Shown in pieces: positions 17,000 to 25,447 of a DNA stretch of 35,389 bases (positions are counted from its first letter, which is position 1; the number at the start of each line of letters is the position of its first letter). The notes beneath the pieces were generated by a model. That model made no database searches. It was not told where the DNA came from and worked only from the letters and a program-made list of their open reading frames with translations. Source of the stretch: Candidatus Heimdallarchaeota archaeon (GTDB lineage: Archaea; Asgardarchaeota; Heimdallarchaeia; Heimdallarchaeales; Heimdallarchaeaceae); contig DXJF01000029.1 in the NCBI GenBank assembly GCA_019057375.1, forward strand, positions 1-35,389. Reading direction: 5' to 3'. The translations under genes were made by a program, and so were the position numbers.

Positions 17000-18360
17000 T
17001 ATTACGGGAGCTTTTATAGGGAATTCAAGGGAGAAGGGTGATGACAAAAGTACTGAGAGTGGAATGTATAGAACTCCCCTATCACCAAGCTCTAAGCACA
17101 CTTTGTCATCAAGTGAAAAACCTCTATAATCGAGCGAATTATCTAGTAAAGCAATCGTTGAGTAAGAAGAGCAAGTTGCTAGTGTACTATGACCTCAACA
17201 CCTTACTTAAGGAAGAAGCGTGTTACAAAACCCTTCCCGCACATACTGCACAACATACCCTCAAGCTCCTTTGCAGAAATTGGAAAGGATATTTTCGTGC
17301 ACTGAAGGAATGGAAAAAGAATCCTGCATTGTTCTTCGCTATGCCTCAACATCCTAACTACAAAGCGAAAGATGGGGAAGTTGTAGCTATCTTCACCAAC
17401 CAACAAGCGAGGATAATAAATGGCTGGCTAGTCCTTCCTAAGAAAGTAGGCTTCTATTACAAAACTCGACTGACAGCGCGTACCACGTTGAAAGAAGTAA
17501 GAATTGTCCCACGACGAGTGGGTTACACTCTCGAACTAGTGTATGAGAAAGTCTTACCTAAACCACGAAAACGGTTTACCAGGAAAGGTGCGATCGATTT
17601 AGGATCTATCAACTTTGTAGCCTTTGTGGATAACCTCGGCAATCAACCGATTGTTATCAAGGATCACGGGAAAGGGATAAGAAGTATTATCCAATATTAT
17701 TTGAAACAACAAACACAATTAAGATTACAATATGTCCAGCAGCAAAAACAGCAATTAAAAACAAGGAACAAACTCAGCTATGGTCCAGCCTATTATCATC
17801 TTCGTGAGAAGTGGCGCAAAAAACTCAAAGATGCTATCCACAAACTCACAAGATATTTAGTAGACTTGTGGGTTGAACGGAACTTACATGAAGTCATTAT
17901 CGGTTATAATGAGAAATGGAAACAGAATGTCCATTTCTGGAAAAAGATCACCCAGATGTTCGTAGCTATTCCCTTCATGAAAATTATTCACCAGTTACAG
18001 TATAAAGCGGCTGAACATGGGATAAAGGTTGAGCTTATACCCGAAAAGTATACTTCTAAGTGTAGCTTTCTGGATAATGAGTTTCCCAGGTCTAGGGAGA
18101 AGTATGCTGGACGTAGAATTACTCGAGGGTTGTTTAAATCTGCACAAGGTCATCTGATCAATGCTGATGTCAATGCTGCATACAATATTTTAATCAAAAG
18201 CGATCCGAAAGCATTGCCTAAACGGCGTGCGAACGGGGTAGGAGGATACGTGATGTATCCACGTAGAGTGAGTGTTGACCCATAATGACCTCTCCAAAAG
18301 ACATTCGACTATGCTTGGTTAATATGCCAAGATGACATAAACTCATCATTTTGAGAAAGA
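17000..18360 (+). mobile_element. Non-autonomous tnpB-only (IS1341-like) element; ends not defined
   Basis: tnpB has no adjacent tnpA or serine recombinase, and a hairpin-rich segment sits at and after the tnpB 3' end. Boundaries are approximate. Confidence 0.55.
17038..18285 (+). CDS. tnpB: TnpB RNA-guided endonuclease (IS200/IS605-IS607 superfamily), rearranged-RuvC subtype
   Basis: N-terminal KNLYNRANY and RNWKGYF. RuvC-I AIDLG, VIIGYNEKWKQ, PEKYTSKCSFLD, RITRGLF and RuvC-III NADVNAAYNI. Confidence 0.93.
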   Translation: MMTKVLRVECIELPYHQALSTLCHQVKNLYNRANYLVKQSLSKKSKLLVYYDLNTLLKEEACYKTLPAHTAQHTLKLLCRNWKGYFRALKEWKKNPALFFAMPQHPNYKAKDGEVVAIFTNQQARIINGWLVLPKKVGFYYKTRLTARTTLKEVRIVPRRVGYTLELVYEKVLPKPRKRFTRKGAIDLGSINFVAFVDNLGNQPIVIKDHGKGIRSIIQYYLKQQTQLRLQYVQQQKQQLKTRNKLSYGPAYYHLREKWRKKLKDAIHKLTRYLVDLWVERNLHEVIIGYNEKWKQNVHFWKKITQMFVAIPFMKIIHQLQYKAAEHGIKVELIPEKYTSKCSFLDNEFPRSREKYAGRRITRGLFKSAQGHLINADVNAAYNILIKSDPKALPKRRANGVGGYVMYPRRVSVDP

Positions 18361-18376
18361 GGATATCTTGCGAGAA
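18236..18376 (+). ncRNA. Candidate omegaRNA (TnpB guide scaffold plus flank-derived guide)
   Basis: Stems GGATAC/GTATCC (18244-18260), CTTGG/CCAAG (18314-18331), GATGA/TCATC (18331-18347) and TCTC(C)AAAA/TTTTGAGA (18291-18356). The position matches the known location of omegaRNAs at the tnpB 3' end. Confidence 0.4.
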
Positions 18377-18598
18377 TTAAAGTAGAGTACCAGAACTAAA
18401 TTTAACTAATGCGAAAGTTATAGTGCCTGATACAAAAGCTGCTGAGAAAAATATACTTCCATAGATGGGATCACCTTTAATAAGAAAGACTATTGCAATC
18501 ACAATATAAGCAATTGTTTGGAGCAGAAAAAGCATTCTTATTATATGGATAACAATTCCTCTGTTTTTCTTCCAAAAAACTCCAAGTTTTGTAAGCAT
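18377..18598 (-). CDS. Small two-TM membrane protein
   Basis: ATG start and two hydrophobic helices separated by KGDP. It fills an otherwise empty gap. Confidence 0.6.
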   Translation of the reverse strand: MLTKLGVFWKKNRGIVIHIIRMLFLLQTIAYIVIAIVFLIKGDPIYGSIFFSAAFVSGTITFALVKFSSGTLL

Positions 18599-18682
18599 GC
18601 ATATTCTATCTCAACCACTCTTATAAGATTAGTTACATTGGGATAGTGTTATTTTATATAGTAGAAAATCTTTCTATTTACT

Positions 18683-20134
18683 ATGACTAGTGTCACACTT
18701 CATGGAGCAGTTGGGGAGATAGGAGGAAATAAGATTCTGATAGAAGATGGTGATACAAAACTCTTCTTTGATTTTGGATTAAGCTTCGGAAAATATGGTG
18801 ATTTTTTCTCCCCTTATCTTCAACCTAGACGACATAGTATCATTAGTGATTATATGAATTTAGGATTACTACCTAACCTCACTGGACTTTATAGACAAGA
18901 CTATGAAAACCGGTTTCGAGAAAGTAGTCCAGAACCCAAATATGATGGGGTGGTTCTTTCACATCCTCATCTAGACCATGCGGGATTTCTTTCCTATGTT
19001 CGTCCTGATATCCCAGCTTACTGTTCTACCGGATGTAAAGCAATTTTACAAGTTTTTGAGGAATCATCTTATGGTTTTCATGAATATACTAGAATCAAAG
19101 AGTCTTTCAAAATCAGAGAGAGTAAACGTGATGCTACAAAGAAAGTTAAAGACAGAAGTTCAGTTATACCAAGAGAAGTCAATATCTTTAAGCCTACCTT
19201 CAAAATTGATGATATAACCATTCATCCTTTTCCTGTAGACCATTCTGTTCCTGGAGCTAATTCCTTTGTTATTGAGACTTCAGAAGGATCTATTGTATAT
19301 ACAGGTGATATACGTTTTCATGGGCGGAGAGCTAATTTTAGTCAGTTCTTCGTAGAAAAAGCTGCTTCCTTTGATCCAGATATTATCATCAGTGAAGGGA
19401 CTAACGTTCATGAACCCAAAACCTATGGGGAGTTGGATCTTCAACATGATTTGTTCTCAGTAATAGAAAATGTACGAGGTCTAATAATTGTCAATTTTCC
19501 AGTGAGAGATACTGATAGAATGCGATCCTTTATAGAAGCAGCAAAACATACAGATCGCTCATTAGTTGTTAGTATGAGACAAGCATATACTCTCAAAACA
19601 TTAGAGGAAAATGGTGTGTCACAAGTTCCACGATTGGATGAAGTGAAAATCTTTGTTCCAAAAAAAGGATGGGGGGTTCTTAACGATATGAATTATCCAA
19701 TGGAAATACAAATGCAAGATTATCAAAGTTGGGAAAACCAATTCATTGGACATGATAACACCGTAACAGCTGATGAAATTAATAACCATCCAGATCAGTA
19801 CATTTTCAGATGCGATTTTGCAGAATTGAAATATCTCTTTGATATTAAACCTCCTGAAGAATCAATTTACATCAGATCTGTAACTGAACCTGTTGATGAA
19901 GAAATGGAATTAGATCAGAAAAAAGTTGACAACTGGCTCAAGTATTTCGGTCTTTATCCATATACACAGCTTCATTGTTCTGGTCATGCTTCAGGGTATG
20001 ATATTCAAGAAATGGTGCGTCAAATTAATCCTAAGAAAGTAATGCCTGTTCACACAGAGAGACCAACTGAATTCAGTTCGTTCCATGGAGATGTGATTCT
20101 AAAGGGATTAGGAGAAAAATATAATTTAAGCTAG
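18683..20134 (+). CDS. MBL-fold/beta-CASP ribonuclease, RNase J-like
   Basis: EIGGNK, SHPHLDHAG, VDHSVPGA, YTGDIR, SEGT, HCSGHA and PVHTE. TTTTATATA about 23 nt upstream. Confidence 0.9.
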   Translation: MTSVTLHGAVGEIGGNKILIEDGDTKLFFDFGLSFGKYGDFFSPYLQPRRHSIISDYMNLGLLPNLTGLYRQDYENRFRESSPEPKYDGVVLSHPHLDHAGFLSYVRPDIPAYCSTGCKAILQVFEESSYGFHEYTRIKESFKIRESKRDATKKVKDRSSVIPREVNIFKPTFKIDDITIHPFPVDHSVPGANSFVIETSEGSIVYTGDIRFHGRRANFSQFFVEKAASFDPDIIISEGTNVHEPKTYGELDLQHDLFSVIENVRGLIIVNFPVRDTDRMRSFIEAAKHTDRSLVVSMRQAYTLKTLEENGVSQVPRLDEVKIFVPKKGWGVLNDMNYPMEIQMQDYQSWENQFIGHDNTVTADEINNHPDQYIFRCDFAELKYLFDIKPPEESIYIRSVTEPVDEEMELDQKKVDNWLKYFGLYPYTQLHCSGHASGYDIQEMVRQINPKKVMPVHTERPTEFSSFHGDVILKGLGEKYNLS

Positions 20135-20883
20135 CGTAAACAGGTTAGAAATCTTCCACCATCTATACTAACAGTTTCTCCTGTTATCCAAAGAGCTTTT
20201 TCGGAAGCTAAGAATAATATCAATTCAGCTATTTCTATAGGTGTGCCAACTCTCCCAAGAGGGTGAGTTTCTTTACTATGTTCTAGAAAATTGCTATATT
20301 GTTCTTCATTCATACCACTAGCCCTATGAAGATTAGTTATTACTACTCCTGGATTCACAGCATTTACTCTAACCCCAAACGGTGCTAATTCAAGAGCTGA
20401 GCATCTAGTTAAATGATCAACTGCTGCTTTGCTAACACAATACGATAATACCCCAGGGAATGCTCTTATACCCGTTACACTTGAAACATTGACAATGTTA
20501 CCTTTGCTCTCTTTGAGGAAAGGAACAGCTGTTTGCATAAGCACAAAAACAGATCTTAGATTCACATCCATCATTCTGTCGAAATCATTAATTGATGTGT
20601 TCATGATGTTTCCAGTTTCAATAATGCCTGCTGCATTAATTAAAATATCAATTTTATTCCATTCCAGTATTGTTTCACCTATTATTTGCTCTGCAGAAGC
20701 TTTAGCTGTTATGTCAATTGCGATATACTTTGCATCTATTTCTTCTGAAATTTCCTTCAATCTTTCTTTAGATCTTGCGACCATCAACACATTTGCTTTC
20801 TCCTTCTTGAAAGCCCTTGCAGTAGCTAGACCTATTCCTGAGCTTGCTCCAGTTACAATAACTGTTTTCCCTTCGAATGACAT
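20131..20883 (-). CDS. Classical short-chain dehydrogenase/reductase
   Basis: TGASSGIG, INAAG, catalytic YCVSK, NPG and ITGETVSIDGG. ATG at 20883 (MSFEGK). Confidence 0.95.
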   Translation of the reverse strand: MSFEGKTVIVTGASSGIGLATARAFKKEKANVLMVARSKERLKEISEEIDAKYIAIDITAKASAEQIIGETILEWNKIDILINAAGIIETGNIMNTSINDFDRMMDVNLRSVFVLMQTAVPFLKESKGNIVNVSSVTGIRAFPGVLSYCVSKAAVDHLTRCSALELAPFGVRVNAVNPGVVITNLHRASGMNEEQYSNFLEHSKETHPLGRVGTPIEIAELILFLASEKALWITGETVSIDGGRFLTCLR

Positions 20884-21086
20884 GATTAAACTGCTGTTTA
20901 AAGGATAAATAACTTTTCGGATTTGGAAGATTAACATTTTAAATGCTTAATTACAATTTACATGTATGTTACAGGCGTTATTCTGGATTCATTCGATAAA
21001 TGCTATATTTCTAATTCTATATGACTTCTTTTCTTTTTTAGGGAAAAAAATATAAACATAAGCAATGTATTCACATCTTGATAGTA

Positions 21087-21299
21087 ATGTCAATTAAAGA
21101 ATATGTTTCTGATGATTGGACAATAGAAATTGATCATGATAAATGCGTTGGAGCTGGAGATTGCGTCGATGTCTGCCCCTCTGATGTGTTTGTACTAGTA
21201 GATGGCAAATCAACTGCACCAAATGTCGATGACTGTATCGAATGTTGTGCCTGTATAGGGGCTTGTCCAGTCGAGGCTATAGAACATACTAGCTGCTAA
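21087..21299 (+). CDS. Dicluster ferredoxin, probably [3Fe-4S][4Fe-4S]
   Basis: CVGAGDCVDVCP (second Cys replaced by Ala) and CIECCACIGACP. TATA-like AATATAAA about 30 nt upstream of ATG 21087. Confidence 0.9.
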   Translation: MSIKEYVSDDWTIEIDHDKCVGAGDCVDVCPSDVFVLVDGKSTAPNVDDCIECCACIGACPVEAIEHTSC

Positions 21300-21747
21300 A
21301 TTTAATATCTGCTAAATTTTCAATTTTTTCTTTTTTTACTTCCTTAAAGGTAAATAGGCCTTCTGTACAGATATCTCCAGCTGAATCATGAATGTAACCT
21401 TGAATGAATATATCTCTCCCTTCTACTCTTTGTATTTCTCCTACTATTTTAATTGTATCTTCAACGTAAACAGGTTTTAGAAAGTTCATTTCTACTTTCA
21501 CTGTTAACCCTGTTTTTTCTAATAAAGTAATCATGGTCCAACCACTGACTTCATCTAGAAGGACAGTTTGTAAACCACCGTGAGCAATTTTTCCCCATCC
21601 ACCCCAAGTGTCTGGTACCTCAAAATCTGCTCCTAAGGATTTTTCTGAAATCTTGTAGAAGTTTAATTTGGCTCCAATAGGATTGGATTCTCCACACCCA
21701 AAACAGTAATCATTGATTCCTAATTCTTTATCGATATATTCTTTCAT
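21289..21747 (-). CDS. PaaI-family hotdog-fold thioesterase
   Basis: CFGCGESNPIG, AHGGLQTVLLDEVSGW and MNFLKPV. Confidence 0.9.
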   Translation of the reverse strand: MKEYIDKELGINDYCFGCGESNPIGAKLNFYKISEKSLGADFEVPDTWGGWGKIAHGGLQTVLLDEVSGWTMITLLEKTGLTVKVEMNFLKPVYVEDTIKIVGEIQRVEGRDIFIQGYIHDSAGDICTEGLFTFKEVKKEKIENLADIKFSS

Positions 21748-21817
21748 TAAGTTATGTTATAGCAAAGACATATCATTTTTTCTGTTTAAACATGTAAAGA
21801 AAATTGGGAAAAAGAAC

Positions 21818-22090
21818 TCATTCTTTTTCTTTAGCAGGTACTGCTAGTTTGTATGCTTTTATACCACCAGATATCAACATAGCGATACCGCATGCTAAAA
21901 GTGGAAACATAATTAACAACCAGATAATCAAAAGAGGATCTCCAACTCTATCTTCTTTTGGAATATTAACGAGTTTGTTATAGAACCAATAGTAAAATCC
22001 ATCCCAGCCTAAACAAAAGGATGTTGTGAATGTAAGATTATACAGAATAGAGAAAAACTGTTCAACTTACAATCAGCAGAATTTATTCAT
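21818..22090 (-). pseudogene. Disrupted small membrane-protein gene
   Basis: In-frame MNKFC*L*VEQFFSILYNLTFTTSFCLGWDGFYYWFYNKLVNIPKEDRVGDPLLIIWLLIMFPLLACGIAMLISGGIKAYKLAVPAKEKE*: 82 open codons with a TM helix, behind two stops. Confidence 0.45.
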
Positions 22091-22232
22091 CTAAATTTAG
22101 TAATTTACCTTTAAAAGAGAAGAATCAGTATTTGTATTCATAATACTCAATCAATACCTTCCTCCAAAAACAAGGTGAGAAAGTTGTCAAATTAAGAAAA
22201 ATCATTTTATAGGGGTTAACTTACCTTGATTT

Positions 22233-22793
22233 ATGCCAATTATTGAAGATTCAAATGAATTAATTGTACTTACAGAAGAAGAGTGGAATGGATTAACTGA
22301 ATTAGACTTGGGAGCTTTTAATCAAAATGAAAATGGAGTTTCTATTCGTGAGAGAAGAATCATCATCAAAAATATTCGCTGTTTAATAGAAGAAAATGAA
22401 GAAATATTTTATCCATATATTTTCTATTATGATGAAGAAGGGAAAGCAAAAGTCGAGAGACTAGTACAAACAGACAATAAATTTAGAATATTGAAAGATG
22501 GAGAAATAATTTTTCAATCAAAAAATCATTTGGAAATCATTACAGAGTTTAACAGAGGAACTAGATCGGAGGAATGTGTTATAACAGATACACGAAGTGT
22601 TCATTCTTGGATAAATAGAGTAAAGAAACGACTACCTAATCTATCTCAAACCTATTTTCCTATGCCAGTAATAATTAGACATAAACGAAATTATACCCAC
22701 GAAAGCTTTGCTAAAGCTAAACGAGATTCTTACTTCATTATCCCATTAAATTTAGAGCCTGAATATCTAGGAGAGTGTAAATATAGAGGATAA
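22233..22793 (+). CDS. Hypothetical protein
   Basis: 186-aa ATG-started ORF with TTTTATA about 22 nt upstream. No recognisable family. Confidence 0.65.
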   Translation: MPIIEDSNELIVLTEEEWNGLTELDLGAFNQNENGVSIRERRIIIKNIRCLIEENEEIFYPYIFYYDEEGKAKVERLVQTDNKFRILKDGEIIFQSKNHLEIITEFNRGTRSEECVITDTRSVHSWINRVKKRLPNLSQTYFPMPVIIRHKRNYTHESFAKAKRDSYFIIPLNLEPEYLGECKYRG

Positions 22794-22986
22794 TCTTAAT
22801 TTAAACTATGCTTTTCTACTTCTCCCCATTCATCACCAATTATCACACTACTTGCTTTGCTTCTTATGGATGATAAGAAAGAAGGGCTTAAAATACAAGA
22901 TAATATTAAGGTGGATTTCAGCACTTAATATGAAGGTTCTAAGAAAAAACCATTTTGTAGAATAAGGGTGCAACTTAGGAAATGCA

Positions 22987-23553
22987 TTAATCTTCATCTT
23001 CCATCTCTATGGTATAATATCCATCTTTCCCAAGTATCCTTTTATCTCTTTGGACAATTATTTTCTTCTTTCTTATGAATACAGAAACAAAATCTACAGT
23101 TTTCTCTCCCCAACAAAATCCATCTAGTATAATGAAAGCTTCCTTTGCTTGTAAGAGCTTGTTTTCCTTGTCTTTGATCCAAGTTATTATCTCTTCGCTC
23201 TCTTCTTTTGTTTTTGGATAGCAAATTGCCATTACGATGTCAGCTTCTGAACTTAGAATCTTTTTACTTAGAGTTTCACCAATTATGTGTGTTTTATCTG
23301 TAATATTCTCGTGTTCTAAATGGAAAAATAACTCATTCTTCTTTGAATAATCCCACCAAGTTAAATCGTATCTTTTTTTTTCATAATGTACTCTATATCC
23401 TAACATCCTTCCCAAATCATCAAAATACCCCAGTATTCTTCGAGTCCATGTTGTATTTGCATGTTCTGGACTTATTTCCAATCTGTGATAATTAAGCATA
23501 AAAGCTGCATACAAGTCGTATGTGTCAATTGTCATAAGTAGACTTTCAACCAC
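22987..23553 (-). CDS. Putative PD-(D/E)xK-like nuclease-fold protein (D...E-H-E-N variant)
   Basis: WTRRILGYF..LG...GY.V..EKKRYDLTW...LFFHLEHEN, followed by a helix and a hydrophobic strand (IVMAICYP). Confidence 0.55.
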   Translation of the reverse strand: MVESLLMTIDTYDLYAAFMLNYHRLEISPEHANTTWTRRILGYFDDLGRMLGYRVHYEKKRYDLTWWDYSKKNELFFHLEHENITDKTHIIGETLSKKILSSEADIVMAICYPKTKEESEEIITWIKDKENKLLQAKEAFIILDGFCWGEKTVDFVSVFIRKKKIIVQRDKRILGKDGYYTIEMEDED

Positions 23554-23718
23554 CTTAATTTATAAATGTTTTCAGTTGTAGAAACTGAGCAGTTACAGAT
23601 AAAATACAACACTGATTTTGTTAATAATTCTAATGAATTTTATGAGCTTTGTGCTGTTGAAATTCTGTAGAATATACTCAAAAAATGAAAAACTAAGTAT
23701 AATCATATCTTGTACTGC

Positions 23719-25074
23719 TTATTCAGGAATGAAAGGTCTCAATGATTCCTCATTGATTTGCTCTTTGCATATTGGACAAGTTCCTTTAACTTTGATCCAT
23801 TCTAATATGTGATTTTTATGAAAAATGTGGTTACAAGGTTTTGTTAGAACTATTTTTTCTCCATCTACAATGATATTCTTACATATTTCACAGTAAGGAG
23901 CTTTCTTCCCACAATTTAAACAAACAATAGGTCCTTCATCTTCTACTTCTTGTAACTGAGCGTTGCAGTATATACAGAGTATTTTTTCTGGCTTTTCTAC
24001 TACTTTCCTTGAGAATTCTTCTGTTGTTATGGGAACTTCAACATCATAACGAATGAAGATTTCTTGATCTTCGATGAGCTCTCCTACTTCAGGAGTGTTT
24101 TTTAGAATCAATGACAAATAAGTTTTGAATATTGATGAAGGGAGACCAGTTTGTTCCAATAAGCGCTTTAGAGATATTTGAACTCCTGGATTAAGTGTTG
24201 TAATTGCGGTTCTAACCTTATCAAAGTTTTCTAGATATACTATCCTGTCTTTTAGTTCAGTAATTTGTTTACCAATGTCTTCTTCTGTTTTCTTTATAGT
24301 CTCAAAAATTGATTTTGCACTATTGGGTTCTAATCTCTCTATTTGATCAAGATTTGATGTAATTTCTATCAATTCTTTTAGGAAATTCCTGAATTCCATT
24401 CTTGCAGATTTTAATGCTTCCAAAGTTTGGCTTTGAGAGGTTTTTTTAACTAGATTATTGATTTTTTCATTTATTTGAATTACCTTCTCTTCCTCTGGTT
24501 TTAACATTGATAGAACCTTTGCCACCCATTTCTCTTTGTCACTTATACTATAAGATTCCACTTTTTCTCTTTCTTCTACTGAACTAAATCCTAATTTCTT
24601 AGTTTCAAGCAATTCCTTTTGTTCTTCTCTTTTTACTAAAATTAGAAAAACTAAACTAGCTAAAGTGAAGAGAAAGATGGTCAAAAATCCGAGATGTAAA
24701 AAGATTTGTGATTTATTCATTAATTCCAGAAGAAATAGACCTCGAATATAGAATGCTATTGAAGCTAAACCTGTTAATATCGGTGTTAGGGGGATGAACA
24801 ATGCAAATATGGGGATGACTAAAGCTAATGTTCGTTCTTTACTCCTGAAAGCTTTGACAATCCCATAGATTGTTAAAATGATAAAACCAGCAAAGTAAAT
24901 ACTTGAAGGAATCACCCACCACGAGAAAATAGCTGCTCCTGACAATGCATCATCTAAATCCTGTTCAAAATTGAATATGAAATTGAGTAAATATCCTACC
25001 ATTACAAAGAAAAATATATTCTCAATTGCTGTGAGTAGAGTAAAAATATGTTTTGTTTTCATTTCTAAACTCAT
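23719..25074 (-). CDS. Membrane-anchored RING-finger protein (putative E3 ligase): about 4 TM, coiled coil, wHTH-like, Zn ribbon, RING
   Basis: C-terminal CEIC-x13-CNHIFHKNH-x10-CPIC and upstream CIYC/CLNC. The likely start is ATG 25074; the 5' extension of the tracked ORF does not look like protein. Confidence 0.85.
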   Translation of the reverse strand: MSLEMKTKHIFTLLTAIENIFFFVMVGYLLNFIFNFEQDLDDALSGAAIFSWWVIPSSIYFAGFIILTIYGIVKAFRSKERTLALVIPIFALFIPLTPILTGLASIAFYIRGLFLLELMNKSQIFLHLGFLTIFLFTLASLVFLILVKREEQKELLETKKLGFSSVEEREKVESYSISDKEKWVAKVLSMLKPEEEKVIQINEKINNLVKKTSQSQTLEALKSARMEFRNFLKELIEITSNLDQIERLEPNSAKSIFETIKKTEEDIGKQITELKDRIVYLENFDKVRTAITTLNPGVQISLKRLLEQTGLPSSIFKTYLSLILKNTPEVGELIEDQEIFIRYDVEVPITTEEFSRKVVEKPEKILCIYCNAQLQEVEDEGPIVCLNCGKKAPYCEICKNIIVDGEKIVLTKPCNHIFHKNHILEWIKVKGTCPICKEQINEESLRPFIPE

Positions 25075-25447
25075 CAAATACAATTGAGGTATGAATATTA
25101 AGCTTTTTCCAAATTTACCACCTTTATAAATCAAATTTCTGATAATAGTTTTCCTACACCTATCTTGTTCCACAACCCACTGAAAGCAAATAAAAAAATA
25201 AATGGTGAACATAGTGAGTACAAACACACATACAAGAGTAAAAGAAACAGTCCAGAGATATCTCTCCTCTTTTGAGAGATTTCAAGAAGAACTTTTATCC
25301 TTAAAGGATTTAAGATTAAGAATCAATCAACCATATTTTCTTACAAAACACTTCATTTGTTCAAATCCTTTATATGTTTGTGCTATCATGCTAGTTGTTT
25401 ACTTCTTGAAAGAACCTACATATTATTAGCAGTGTTGCTAGAATGTA

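Noticed and set aside
11366-22090. Genome-wide TGA recoding or selenocysteine suggested by three in-frame TGAs in remnants
   Set aside because: TGA clearly terminates many intact genes here (3157, 7006, 11339, 16586, 26923, 32811), one remnant also has a TAA, and none of the sites is in a Sec-type motif.
22091-22100. 10-bp palindrome CTAAATTTAG
   Set aside because: Expected by chance in AT-rich DNA, with no second copy or linked regulator.
25202-25429. 75-aa plus-strand ORF, and an ArsR-like snippet on the minus strand (LNPLRIKVLLEISQKRRDISGL)
   Set aside because: No motif or promoter supports the ORF. The snippet is too short and is surrounded by stops, so it could be chance.
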